From contig NC_068981.1 in the NCBI RefSeq assembly GCF_001194135.2, positions 158,954,716 through 159,018,715 of the forward strand: DNA of 64,000 nucleotides, in the 5' to 3' direction. Of the stretch, positions 1 to 11,989 are shown piece after piece (positions within the stretch are counted from its first letter, which is position 1; each line of letters opens with the position of its first letter). The notes beneath the pieces were generated by a model that was given only the letters and a program-made list of their open reading frames with translations, made no database searches and was not told the DNA's origin. The position numbers and the translations under genes are program-made. This stretch comes from Octopus bimaculoides. Lineage: Eukaryota.

Positions 1-38
<38 letters not shown>
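1..38. repeat. (TG)n microsatellite
   Basis: Pure TG run from the window start. Confidence 0.95.
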
Positions 39-40
<2 letters not shown>

Positions 41-44
<4 letters not shown>

Positions 45-362
45 AGGCAATGACCAAGACCTCTGGCATTATGTCGTGCTTGAGAAGACCCATCAAGCCA
101 AGCAAAATCACAGTCATGGCAGATACTGGTGTTATGCAGATGGTACCCATGCCGGTGGCACGTTAAAGTGCCCATTACACTCTCAGAGTGGTTGGCATTA
201 GGATGGGCACCCAGCTGTAGAAAACCATGCCAAATCAGATTGGAGTCTGGCACAGCATTCACACATGCCTGCCCAGTCAAACCATTCAACTCATGCCAGT
301 ATGGACAATGGACATTAAATGATGATGATGACGGTGATGATGATGGTGATGATGATAATGAT
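41..362 (+). mobile_element. RTE-type LINE 3' UTR / derived short repeat with (GAT)n tail
   Basis: Motif 'cccattacactctcagagtggttggcattagg...ctgtagaaacc...gacattaaatgatgatg' recurs more than 10 times in the window. The same sequence directly follows an RTE ORF end at 22.1-23.5 kb. Confidence 0.75.
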
Positions 363-371
363 ATATATGTG

Positions 372-404
<33 letters not shown>

Positions 405-451
405 GTATGCATATCTATATATATATATTTATGCACACACACACACATATA

Positions 452-1513
452 CAAGGGTTGGACAAAATAATGGAAACACCTAGCATCATAATTTTGAAAT
501 ATCTATAAAACCATCAAAAGCTTGTTTATTTTTATGTTTTTTGATTTATCATTAGTGTTGCTTAATATGTTTTGATAAAATTACTGTTTCTTTTCAGATA
601 TCATCAGAAAAAGGTAATTAAAATTCATTAAAATGACAGATCTATCGAACTTTCAAAGAGGTCAAATTGTTGGTGCTTGTATGGCAAGGGCTAGCGTAAT
701 GAAAACAGCTGAAATGCTTGGTGTATCAAGAATTACTGTCCCAAAAGCAATGACAACCTTTGAGAAAGAGGGAAAAACCTCCTCATTGAAACAAAACTCT
801 TGAAAAAAAATCAAAACTTTCAGAAAGGGACCATCGGACTCTTACACAAATTGTTAGAAAGGATCACAAAAGTACTGCTCCCAAAATTACTGCAGAGCTT
901 AATGACCACCTCAAGGACCCAATTTCCATAAAAACTGTTTGCTGGGAGCTGCACAAAGCCAGATTTCACGAGCTGCAATCAGAAAACCACCACTTTCAAA
1001 AACAAACGTTGCAAAGCATTTAGAGTGGAGTTAAAACCTACAGAATTGGTCCCTAGAGTAGTAGAAGAATGTTATTTTCTTAGACGAGTCATCCTTCACC
1101 TTATTTCCAACCNNNNNNNNNNTAATAGTAAAGGCTATTTAAGTATTTTATCTGATCAAATTCATCCTATGGTTGCGGAACTGTTTCTGGAGGGAAACGC
1201 AATCTCTCAGGATGATAATGCACCAATTTACACAGCTAAAGTTGTTACTGAATGGCATAAAGAACATTCTAGTGAAGTTGAACATCTTTTCTGGCCACCA
1301 CAGTCCCCAGATCTCAATATTATTGTACATTTATGGTGCATTTTAGAAAAACAAGAAGTCGATATCTTCCACCATCATCACTACAAGAACTGGAGATTGT
1401 TTTAGCTGAGAATAGACAAAAACTCCTTTGGAAACAATTCAAACTTTGTACAAGTCCATACCTCATAGAATTCAAGTTCTTATTTACTGCCAAAGGCGGT
1501 CCTACCCCTATAT
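452..1513 (+). mobile_element. Tc1-like transposon, decayed, right TIR missing
   Basis: TA followed by TIR 'caagggttggacaaaataatggaaacacc'. ATG at 633 gives MTDLSNFQRGQIVGA (HTH region), then QDDNAPIYTAK...WPPQSPDLNII. Stops, frameshifts and an N gap are present. Same family as 28928-29730. Confidence 0.9.
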
Positions 1514-1544
1514 TAAAGAACAAACACAAAAAAGTAACAATGTG

Positions 1545-1640
1545 AGGACGTGGTACATGTAAAATATTAGCAGGCGCTCAGGGAAGGAAAGAAATATGGT
1601 TTAACATTTTCAGCAGAGCTCTTCTTCATCAGGTTATATA
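1545..1640 (-). mobile_element. Probable Penelope-type terminal repeat fragment with hammerhead-like core
   Basis: Minus strand reads cCTGATGA-agaagagctctgct-GAAA-atgttaaacc (1633-1599), the CUGAUGA...GAAA arrangement known from Penelope-like element termini. Confidence 0.4.
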
Positions 1641-2409
1641 TAAAAACAATTAGCATTAAACTGAAGGATTACTCAATACTTTTTTATAGAGTACATGTTT
1701 ATTATACAAGATGAAGGGTAACAGTGACTTCAAAGTTTTGGGTTGCTAGCTTTCATCAACACACACACATTACCTTTTTCCTCTTTCTGATTAAGTGCCA
1801 TGCTCAAAATATCATACTCCCTCTTTTTCCCACCTTAAACTGAGTGTCAGCCTATGCATTTACTATGTACGTTTTTTTTTATTTTTGCTGTTTTTGTTTT
1901 TATTTTTGATTTGCCTGTGTTTATGTGTGTTTGTGTGTGTGTGTTTGTGTGTACATACACATAAACAGAGACAGACAGACCAACAGACTGACTGGACTGA
2001 CAAATGGAGACAGAAAAGCCTATGAGCCTGGGTAGCTCATGGCTACCAATATTTGAATTAATTGAGATATTTAATCAACTAGAGTGAACCAACAGGTAGT
2101 CAGTAAATAGTCTGCATACAGAAAACATGGAATATTTACCATAAGTTACCTCACAAAATATCTGGATGTTTTGGTGACTACTCACTTTATCAGCTGTTAT
2201 TAAGCTGAAGACAATTTCTCAATCTAATTATACAATATATAGTAGCTCATAAATATGCGCAGGTGATAAATATGCACAGGTGTTGCAAATTAAGTTTAAT
2301 TACCAATAAACATCAGGTTGGATGACAATTTATTCAACTGAGTAAAATATGTAAAATATGGCCTGGACTATGATTACCAGCATGTATGTCAGACTTCAAA
2401 AAGTAGTTA

Positions 2410-2840
2410 ACCGCCGGTGGCATGTGTAAAGTCATCCGAGCAAGATCGTTGCCAGTGCCGTTGGACTGGCTCCTGTGTAGGTGGCACGTAAAATACACTA
2501 TTTTGAGCGTGGCCGTTGCCAATACCGCCTGACTGGCCTTCATGCTGGTGGCATGTAAAAGCACCCACTACACTCTCAGAGTGGTTGGCGTTAGGAAGCG
2601 CATCCAGCTGTAGAAACTCTGCCAGATCAGATTGGAGCCTGGTGCAGCCATCTGGTTCACCAGTCCTCAGTGAAATCATCCAACCCATGCTAGCNNNNNN
2701 NNNNGGAGCCTGGTGCAGCCATCTGGTTCACCAGTCCTCAGTGAAATCATCCAACCCATGCTAGCATGGAAAGCGGACGTTAACCGATGATGATGATGTT
2801 GATGATGATGATGTTGATGATGATGATGATGATGATGATA
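2410..2840 (+). mobile_element. RTE-type 3' UTR repeat with (GAT)n tail
   Basis: Very similar to 40570-40890. Contains a 10-N gap. Confidence 0.8.
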
Positions 2841-2919
2841 CAGAAAAAGTAAGCATTATACCATCCAGCATAAATAAAAATCAACTTCATTATATTTAAG
2901 CCCATATATTTTCTGTATA

Positions 2920-3322
2920 AACCTTGTTGGCATCCTTTTGTCTCAGGAGACAATGGAGTTGCGCATAAACTAATCCAGTCTGGTTTTTACATTTCATGTC
3001 CTCTCCAGTTTTGTGCAGGCCTGGGCTAGATGTAAGAAAATCCTGGGTAGCTCAATCATCAGGATTCCTCTTTCAACCTTGCTGACGTAGTCCAAAAGAG
3101 TTTGACACCAACTTGGTTGCAGGAGCTGCCGGAAGAGTGTCGAGTCAAACACTAAACCGCCTATGGGGCTCCACTCTGGATTTCTTTGAAGGTTGACTCC
3201 TTTCTGTAACCCTGGATAGGGGCCCATACTGGATACTGTCAGCTGGAGCCAGCTGAGCCTGGGATTCATGTCAGGCAGGGTCGTCACTCCCTGAAGTAGT
3301 GAAGAAGATCGCTACCCACTAC
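2920..3322. mobile_element. Unclassified GC-rich insertion, possibly a LINE 5' region
   Basis: Abrupt GC-rich block in AT-rich flanks; no recognisable protein motif. Confidence 0.3.
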
Positions 3323-3585
3323 CTAAATTTTGTAAAAACCTATTCTGACATTAAATGAGTCAACTTCCGGTATGAACGTTTACGTTTTGTATGTCTTTTT
3401 TCAACAAATATAATTTTTAAAAAATTTCTGGAAACAATCTACTCATGTAATTTATACACCCACTAAAGTTTATTTTTATTTTTGTGAAAGAAAGTGCATA
3501 AATGACATGGGTTTTTACAGTATATCTCACTTCCGCTGTTTACAGCAGTGCTCGGAAGGAAGGCGTGTAGCATGTTATCATTGCA

Positions 3586-3800
3586 TTGACCACAACAGAG
3601 AATGTTGAACAGAGAATATGCATCAAATTTTGCCATAAGCTTGGCAATACCTGCTCAGAGGCCTATGCAAAGTTTTCATCATTCTCGACACAATCAGTGA
3701 GATTTTATGCAACTGAAACCCACATATCTTTTTGGTCAGCTGAAAGCAGTTTTGGCACAAACTTGGCAGACACGTGTCTTATACCCAAATCTTCAGTGAT
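3586..3800. pseudogene. Mariner transposase relic with an internal inversion
   Basis: Plus strand 3586-3680 gives EQRICIKFCHKLG. Minus strand 3800-3685 gives ITEDLGIRHVSAKFVPKLLSADQK. Both are typical mariner N-terminal motifs. Confidence 0.75.
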
Positions 3801-4179
3801 AATGAACTGAACTGAACTGTAACTAATCTGCACATCCTCTGATAACTCATTTAAAAATGTATCATTAACATACAAACAAACACAAGACTAATAAGTTGAT
3901 ATAGATACAGAACTGATTATTGACACATAAGTGCTAAAGTAATTCATTTTACATTTGTTATATACAGATTAATTTATTTTAGCTGATGACTATGCAATGT
4001 ATTTTTAGACCTGCTGTGTGTTTTACAAAGACAATTACAGGTGGTACATGTCAAATATATATCATTTCAAGCAGCATAGACATGAAGATGGCTAGTTAAG
4101 CCAGCATTTGACTTGGCTGCAAAATCACAATTAGGGCAATGATTGCTTGCAAGATAACATATTTTTTGTTTTTGTTTTA

Positions 4180-4393
4180 TTCTCTTACTTGTTTCAGTCA
4201 TCTGACTGGCCATGCTGGAGCATCACTAAAAGGGGTTTTAGTCGAACAAATCAATCCCAGGACTTATTCTATGTAAGCCTAGTGCTTATTCTATCAGTCT
4301 CTTTTGCCGAACTGCTATGTTATGGGGATGTAAACACACCAACATTGGTTGTCAAGTGCTGGTAGAGAAACAAACACAAACACACAATTACAT

Positions 4394-4441
<48 letters not shown>

Positions 4442-4445
4442 GTAG
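4180..4445 (-). mobile_element. SINE family B, 3' half
   Basis: Matches copies at 30210-30615, 42835-43215 and 59940-60315 (ctgaaacaagtaaga end, internal CA/TA tract). Confidence 0.7.
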
Positions 4446-4787
4446 AAGGTTGAAAACGAACACGTGAGTTGATATGTATGAGGAAAATAAGACAAGGTAG
4501 AAAATGCTAAAATAATTTTATCATGAAGAACATTTTAGTACCAGTTTCAGTCTTTGTAACTTTTTCAACTTAGAGAAAAGCATGAAAAACAAATTAAATT
4601 GTGGTAAAATTAAATGAAATGTTTTTTTTAAATATTTCCATAGCTTTCAAATGCAAGGGACATTTTCCATTTTTCTGCCTGTCTCGTCTCTCTTTTTCAC
4701 TCTGGTGAGTTCTAGGTAGTTGGCAGCAGCTAGTAGTAGTTGGTAGCAGCACACACACACACATACACAAACAAACAAACAAAAATA

Positions 4788-4895
4788 CCTTGTTGATGTT
4801 GAAATTCCAATGAAGGAGCCTTGGATCTAGGTTAGAAACCAACTCTTTCTCTATTGGCAAGAAATCTTGAAATAAAACTGAATAATGACATACAT
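4788..4895 (+). mobile_element. ~105-bp repeat embedded in CA/CATA microsatellite (probable LINE 3' end)
   Basis: 'ttgttgatgttgaaattccaatgaaggagccttggatctaggttagaaacc...gcaagaaatcttgaaataaaactgaa' is repeated at 25075-25170, in both cases inside (CA)/(CATA) repeats. Confidence 0.65.
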
Positions 4896-5219
4896 ATTCA
4901 CACATAATACATTAAAAATTTATTTTTTTGATATTAAGAAATATTAAGGGTTTTTCTTTTGTAACATTAATTCAAGGTTGGAAAAGAACAACAAACCAAC
5001 ACACTGAAATTCAGTCATGCGTCTATCTCTTGCTGATTATACCACACTGATAGTTCTCTCAAAAATTTAGTATAAACGTGTATTTATTGTAACTGAACAT
5101 TTACACTTCACAGTGAACATTTGTCTTCACAAACGATATATTCATATTCTTGGTCTTAATTTTTTTAAATTCACCAAATCAAAATATAGACATTAAACAA
5201 AGAAGCTTGATTCTTCCCA

Positions 5220-6170
5220 TAGTTAAGAGGATGATGATTTGGAAGTGAAGTAGACAAGTACAAGTTTGTTTTATTAGTATGCGTAGTTTTAGGACGTTCA
5301 GCCAATAACTAGGTTGGACTGTTTCATTGGAGGGCATCAATGATATGTGTTGAAATGTTAAAGAGGCATGATGGAAAGTATCGTTGTGTTGTAAGAAGCA
5401 ACAGTAAATAGGTCATTAATGAGCAGGAGGGGCAGTATGGTGGAAATACATCCAAAACCTCTAGCACATCAGAGTGGATAAAAGAATGACAAAAAGAACT
5501 TCATCAAAGAATGAGCAGAAACCCATGATATACTGAGGAGTCCACGATATGAATTTACATATATTAATCAGCAAAATCTGTGATGTACTGAGTATGCAAT
5601 AGGTGAACCGCGATATGGCAAGGGATTACTGTATTATGATGTAGGTGGGTGAATGTCATTCAGCTGGTGATGGCAAATAACTTCATTGTAAGCAGTGATC
5701 TCCATCTGAATACTTACAGTACAGTTGTGTAGTTAAGGAACTATCTCAGAATTTTGGAAATGTAGAAGATGATATCTAGAATGAAAATATTGGCCAGCTG
5801 CTGAACTGTTTTAGATGAATCAGAAGTGATACAGATTTGTTGCTCAGGGTGGTTAACATAGAATTATTGCATTTCTAGCCAGTTATGGTTTAAGGGGAAG
5901 GTTAGTTGTGTGTAGGATTACAAGAGTATTTCAATGAAAATGATAGAGGATGACGATTTTTGAGAGAAACAAGTTGTCATATTGACCTCCATAAAGGTTA
6001 AAAAGTAGTTAGACAATTACTGGTGACTGGAGATGTTTACCGTGAAGCAGAAACAAAAGATGAATGTTGAGAGAAACAGTGACCTTGAACTGGATTAACT
6101 AGTATTCTGCATAATATCACTAAAGTTAAGAAGTATTCGCATCCACTGAGGATCATTGCAATCTGTTCAG
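5220..6170 (-). mobile_element. Heavily degraded retroelement relic, possibly Penelope-like
   Basis: Purine-skewed, coding-like block with only faint resemblance to a GIY-YIG region. No intact motif. Confidence 0.2.
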
Positions 6171-6179
6171 ATCGTCATC

Positions 6180-6650
6180 AACATCATCATTATCATTGTT
6201 GTTTAACGTCTACTTTCCACGTGGGCATGGGTTGGACAGTTTGACTGAGGACTAGCAATCCGGGAGGCTGCACCAGGCTCCAATCTGATTTGGCAATGTT
6301 TCTACAGCCCTTCCTAATGCCAACCACTCCAAGAGTGTAATGGGTGATTTTTATGTGCCACTGGCGTGGGTACAAGTCAAGTGACACTGACATCAGCTAT
6401 GCTAGAATGGTGATTTTTACATGCCACCAGCATGAGTGCCAGTCAGGCAGCACTGGCATCAACCACGACTATGATTTGGTTCAATAGGCCCTCACAAGCA
6501 TGGCATATTGCCCGGCAATTGAAGGGTGCTTTTAAATGGGCCAATTATGTGACACTGGTATCAGGCACAGCTGCAATCTCACTTGGCTTGCCAGGTCTTC
6601 TGAAGCACAGCATATCTCCAAAGGTCTCGGTCACTTGTTATTGCCTGTGA
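6180..6650 (-). mobile_element. RTE-type 3' UTR repeat
   Basis: Reverse complement of the family at 41-362, with a (CAT)n tail on the left. Confidence 0.75.
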
Positions 6651-6939
6651 GGCCCAATGTCCGAAGGTTGTGCTTCACCACTTCATCTCATGTCTTACTG
6701 GGCCTATCTCTTCCACTGGTTCTATTTATAAAATCATATCATGCATATAATAAACTTTATATAATTTACCACTGGGATACACCAAATCTGATTTACTGAT
6801 ATAAATCACAAAATACTTAAGTTGTGTTTGATTGTAAGTTTTTAAATAGCTAACATGCTAATGTAATGGATGTATAGGAAAAGGTATGATAAAGACAAAG
6901 TGGAGTCTGTATCATCTGTTCCCTAAACACACACACACG

Positions 6940-6973
<34 letters not shown>

Positions 6974-7074
6974 CATGCAGTAGTGGCAAGAGGGATGAAT
7001 AGCCCCACAGAAATCATACAAAAAATGGAACATGCAAAAGAGATGTGGGTTTCACAAACTGCATCTCAGGTTAC

Positions 7075-7188
7075 CCAACTATGAGGGTAATAATTCTGAA
7101 TAAAAACTGATGCAAAGAGGACCCTTTTGTCCTCTTTACTGGCAAACTCTCCGGTGCTGGTAACATGATGAAATGCATCTTGTACATA
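7075..7188 (-). CDS. Candidate internal exon of an unidentified minus-strand gene
   Basis: Acceptor 'cactcatcttttctgttgtgtatatcttacag|', 114 nt open in phase 0 (YVQDAFHHVTSTGEFASKEDKRVLFASVFIQNYYPHSW), donor '|gtaacc'. No homolog recognised. Confidence 0.25.
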
Positions 7189-7301
7189 CTGTAAGATATA
7201 CACAACAGAAAAGATGAGTGATTTTCTCTGTTGTTGTGAGTGCCATATGGCACAATATGAAAACAGGAGGTAATATCAGCATAGAAAAAAAAGGCTGTAA
7301 A

Positions 7302-7370
7302 ATGATGGGGATGATGATGGTGATGATGATGATGATGATGATTATGATGATGATGATGATGATGGTGATA
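7302..7370. repeat. (GAT)n microsatellite
   Basis: Imperfect GAT/GGT run; it is the source of the poly-H/I/M ORFs in the track. Confidence 0.9.
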
Positions 7371-9070
7371 ATTGTAACCAAGATTGCAAAATACATTGAA
7401 GGTGTTATGCAACCAGCTCTGTATGGCAGACTATGCATATTTAATTGAATAAAACTAACTACATGAAACTTTTAGGTATAAATTTATGATCCTGGATAAC
7501 ACACATATGCAGACATGCATGTACACACACACACGCTTACAGACACTGTCTCAAAGATTCAGTATATTTTCATTTCCAAGAGTAATTATTCATAGATTTG
7601 TTTATATATTTTCTTTTATGTTTCTTATTTACTCTTTGTAATATTTTATGACTGAGTCATATATTTATTGCAGTAGAACATTGTAAGACATTATATACAG
7701 TTAGGAAATATTTTGGATCAATTAAGTTAGTGCTCTTTATTGTGGTTCTTCAACATTGTCCCAAACACCACCACCAGCAGAAGTATCTCCACTATCACTG
7801 CCCACCCCACACCACAGTCATCAACATCATCATCATCGTTGTTGTCTAGTTTCTTTTCCCTAAATGCCTGTTTTGCTGTTTTTCATAAGTTAGGAAGGTT
7901 TTTATAGGGATATTATGTATCATAGTAACTGATTGCTGTTGTGTAACACCTCCCCACATAAGTCAATCCTGTCAATCAGATCTGTAATCAAAAAATATCC
8001 ATTCCAGTCATGATTATCTTGGTCTTTTTAGATATATAGTACCTCATTGTCTATTGTGGTTTTCCTAATTATAGAGGGTGGCAGTATTTGAAGGTGATTC
8101 AGCTAGTAATTTCTAACAAATCATGTGACCACATACAGATTATCTGGGTTAGTCTTAGAATAACTAATAAAATTCTGATACATAACTAATCCCTTATTTT
8201 ACCATGAACCCCACTTTAGCCCTAATTAGCCATATCTGACCTAAATATTCTTTTTATGCTGAATGACAAAGTTATATCAATTTGAGGCAGCTTATCCCTT
8301 TCTCAGCTCTTAATTACAATTTGAATCCATACGTGTGAAAATTATAAAAAAACAAAAAACAAAAACAAACCAGATGATACTCCATTCATTCTTTAATTGT
8401 TTCAGATACATTGTATTCATGTCCCATTAGTTACTACCATACAACATTGCACTTTATAACATACATCTACCTGTCAGTTTATTTATTCTACAATGGTTCC
8501 TGGTCTTTTGATCTCACAAGTTGAGAAACTTACCAAAGCACACTTGATGTGTTAACATTTCTCCTTTCTTTATCTCTAGAATGTCTTGCTTCCCCAATTT
8601 TATACTAAAAAACCTTGACCAAGTTTCCCCCCCCCAAAAAAAAATGAAACCCTTTGAAACTCATTCTTTCTTTCTCTGCCCACATCTTCCATACAAGCAT
8701 CTACCTACTGAAAATTCAAACTAAACATTAACTGCATATTTATGAAATGCCTTTTAAAATTTTGAATATTAAAATAACTTAATTTAACAATTAGATAGGG
8801 ATACACAAACACAAATATGGTGAAACTTTCCAGAAATCATCATCATGATCATGATTTAACATCCACTTTGCATGCTGGCTTGGGTTTGACTGGAACTGGT
8901 AAGCTGCAAAGCTGCAGTCTGATCTGGCATGGTTTTTACAGCTGATCTCCATAATTCTGGTAAATAGATAAACATGATAAGATAGTAGTGATATATACTG
9001 ATAAATTTCAGACAGGACAGATATATTTTATTTAAACTATATAACTAAATAAATCACAATTGCTTGGTAG

Positions 9071-9810
9071 ATAAGGAAAGCCCATGACCTATCAGGAACT
9101 ACCAGAGATGCTTAAAGTATCTGGCAGAGTGGGATATGACTTAGTCACCTATATAGTTAATCAGGCTGTCCACAAGAGAGTTATACCCAATAACTAGTGT
9201 AGCAGCATTATAGTCAACTACTACAAAAGTGAAGGTGACACCTTAGACAGAAATAATTACAGAGGTCTCAGATTGCTGGACCAGGTGGTGAAAGTTACAG
9301 AAAGGGTCACAGCTCAACTTATTAGGAAGAGAGTTAGCATAGATGAGACGCAGTTTGGTTTTGTGCCAGGAAGAGGCATTACTGATGTTATCTTCCTGGT
9401 GGGGCAACTGCAGGAGAAATATTTAACCAAAAATATACCTCTGTACTTGGCCTTTGCTGACATGGAAAAAGCCTTCGACAGGGTCCACTGCTCCCTTATC
9501 TGGTGGTCAGTGAGAGCTGTACAAGCCATGTACTGCCAGTAAGGTGAAAGTTGGCAATGAGTATTGCAAGGAATTTAGTATACTGGTAGTTCAACAAGGA
9601 TTGGTTCTCAGCCACCTCTTGTTTATCATAGTCCTGTAGGTTATAACAGAGGAATTTAAGACTGGCTGCTGTTGGGAGTTCCTATACACTGATGACCTTG
9701 TTCTTATTGCTGAATCACTAGCAGAGCTAGAGAAGAAATTTCAGGTGTGGAAGCAAGATCTAAATGTAAAGGCCTGGAAGCAAAGAATTAATGTAGCAAA
9801 GACTCACTGT
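9071..9810 (+). mobile_element. RTE-clade LINE reverse transcriptase fragment (decayed)
   Basis: NYRGLRLLDQVVKV, QFGFVPGRGITDVIF, LYLAFADMEKAFDRV and FLYTDDLVLIAES motifs, with stops and frameshifts. Confidence 0.9.
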
Positions 9811-10119
9811 AGGCTCCTCTTGTTCCTCTCAATATCACTTGGTATCTCTAAATATTTCCCCTCACACTTATGGTACATCTCCTCTATCCCCTCTGCACTA
9901 CTTATATTCCCCACCACTGTTCCCTGTGGGTAGGCCCTCTCTCTCACTCTAACTGTCTCTATCTTTCTGTCTCTCTCTCTTACTTCCCTTCACCTCCTTG
10001 TCTTATTGGGGTAGCCAAGTATATCCTTTGTAGTAAGATAGGTATCCCCCACACCTATCATGCTCCACCCAGCTACTTCTTTTGGTTCTTCTCCCTTTCT
10101 CAGTTCAGATGTTCTAGTC

Positions 10120-10505
10120 TTGCAAGCCACTTGGCGATCCCATGGGTACTGATCCCGTAAAATGTACCTGTGCCGATGTCACGTAAAAAGCACTCACGTT
10201 GGAGCCATGTAAAGAGCACTCGTGCCGGCGCCGTGTAAAAGGTACTCGTGCCGGCATCATGTAAAAGGCACCTGTGCCAGCGTCCCGTAAAAAACACCCG
10301 TGCAAGAGTCACGTAAAAAGCACCCGTGCAAGAGTCTGTAAAAAACACCCAATGCACTTTGGGAAGTGGTTGACGTTAGGAAGAGCATCCAGTCGTAGAA
10401 GCCATGCCAAAACAGACAACAGGAGCCTGGTGCAGCCCTCCAGCTCCTGTTAAATTGTTCAACCCATGCCAGTATGGAAAACGGACATTAAATGATGATG
10501 ATGAA
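10120..10505 (+). mobile_element. RTE-type 3' UTR repeat with expanded 26-bp tandem unit
   Basis: About 8 units of 'gtaaaaagcacccgtgccggcgtcac'-like sequence at 10157-10352, followed by the usual family 3' end. Confidence 0.8.
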
Positions 10506-11240
10506 CGGCTAGAGAAAATCTTGGTGCAAAAACAAGTTATAAGTTAATGAGTTTTCTTTATGTCACTGTCCGTTTAGAAAATTTTAAACCCAAGTTTATA
10601 TTCTGCATAATATCTGCCCTTTTATTGATTGTTCAATTAACCACCACTCTTCAGTCGGCAATATCTGTACCCATAAAACTATAATAGGCACATACTTCGT
10701 ATTTCATTATTGATAGCTTATTCAGTTGGTTTGAATAACAATATCTGACAAATAGGCACTCCTCTTGCTTGAGTATTAATAATATATTTGGATGAGAGTA
10801 TGATAAATGATGATTTCCTATGTCAATGTACTTTTGGTTTTGCTAAAATTAAGCTCAGATATTTTTCTCTAACTTTCAAAGCCATACAACATTAAAATAT
10901 TTACAAAACCTTCTCCTGTTAACCCTCACCCACCCAACTTAATGGAGCTAGCCTGCTCTGTCAATCACATTACACATTTTTTTGATGCATAGTTGAACTA
11001 TAATTTATTATATATTCTGAGTTCTAATCTGTGTTTCATTGATTTTGTGCAGTTGTAGCTGCTGCTTTACAAATATTGGAAACATTTTATGCCTCACTGT
11101 TTCGAGTTTGAATTCATCCATTATCCCTTCCCCCCAAAAGTAGTTTTGCGTTCAATCAAAACAAATCCTTCTTTCATTCAGTCATTTATTATTATTATTT
11201 CTCTTTTTCTTTTCTTTTTTTCGTTTTTTTTTTTAATTAC

Positions 11241-11317
11241 CTGATTTGACCCCGTGAGTACAAAGAAGGATGAGAAAAATCTGACCCGAATATAAGAAAA
11301 ATGTTGTGAAGAAGCAA
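11241..11317 (-). CDS. Candidate 77-nt exon of the same putative minus-strand gene
   Basis: Acceptor 'ctttttctttaataatcag|', donor 'cag|gtaatt', open in phase 1 to 0. It overlaps gggtca/tgaccc motifs that could be transposon-derived. Confidence 0.2.
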
Positions 11318-11544
11318 CTGATTATTAAAGAAAAAGTTGTTGAGTGGAATTCTCAATTTCACCGAGTTTAGAAAAATATGATGATAATTTAGCATAATAT
11401 GCATCAGCGATGATGCTTATGATAATGATAATTGTGTTCGGGTAAAGTTTGACCCAATTAACAAAGTATTACAGCGTCCACTCATTATGCTAAGTTAATA
11501 TAATTAAGACATGATACTTTAAAAGAATAATTTCTACACACATA

Positions 11545-11756
11545 TAGGGTGGCCCAAAAGTAGGTTTACAGCTATTCAACTATCTCTTTTGCATTCATAT
11601 ATTAACAGTTTAGATCTTAATTATAAAAAAATATGAAACCATTCTTCTATGCTAATTTAGTTAATTGTAAGACAGAAATTTAAATGTAATAAATTGTTTT
11701 AAAGAGAATTTAAAGTGTCTATGTGATAACTGTAAACTTACTTTTGGGCCTCCCTG
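11545..11756. mobile_element. Tc1/mariner-type MITE
   Basis: TIRs 'tagggtggcccaaaagtaggtttaca' and 'tgtaaacttacttttgggcctccctg', with TA on both sides. Confidence 0.85.
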
Positions 11757-11989
11757 TATACATAAAACATCATTAATAATAATAATAATAATAAGAAGAA
11801 GAAGAAGAAGATGAAGAAAACGAAAAGAAAAGAGTAAAAAGACGGAAAATGTGATTGGCCTTGCATTAATGGTTGTAATTGCATTACTATAAATCTGCAA
11901 TAGAACTTGTTCTTTTTTGTGTGCTTTTACTTTGTAAATAATAATAGCAGTAACACAACCGGCTTTACAAAGAAAAATATATCTTTTCT

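Noticed and set aside
2634-2765. Exact ~61-bp direct repeat
   Set aside because: The identical copies flank a 10-N gap, which is typical of an unmerged contig overlap.
7071-7448. Poly-His/Ile/Met ORFs, and similar HT/CV/YI-repeat ORFs elsewhere
   Set aside because: They are translations of microsatellites.
8490-8710. Minus-strand exon ending at a strong gtaagt donor (~8533)
   Set aside because: The candidate acceptors give frames that do not join the other candidate exons without an early stop.
10157-10352. CRISPR-like periodic repeat
   Set aside because: The units are tandem with no unique spacers, lie inside a LINE UTR in eukaryotic DNA, and have no cas genes nearby.
11241-11317. Resemblance of one frame (FLYSGQIFLILLCTHG) to GET4 or to a signal peptide
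   Set aside because: The similarity is only a few residues, and the exon length and phase do not fit. That frame has no in-exon ATG and needs a poor donor (gtctaa).
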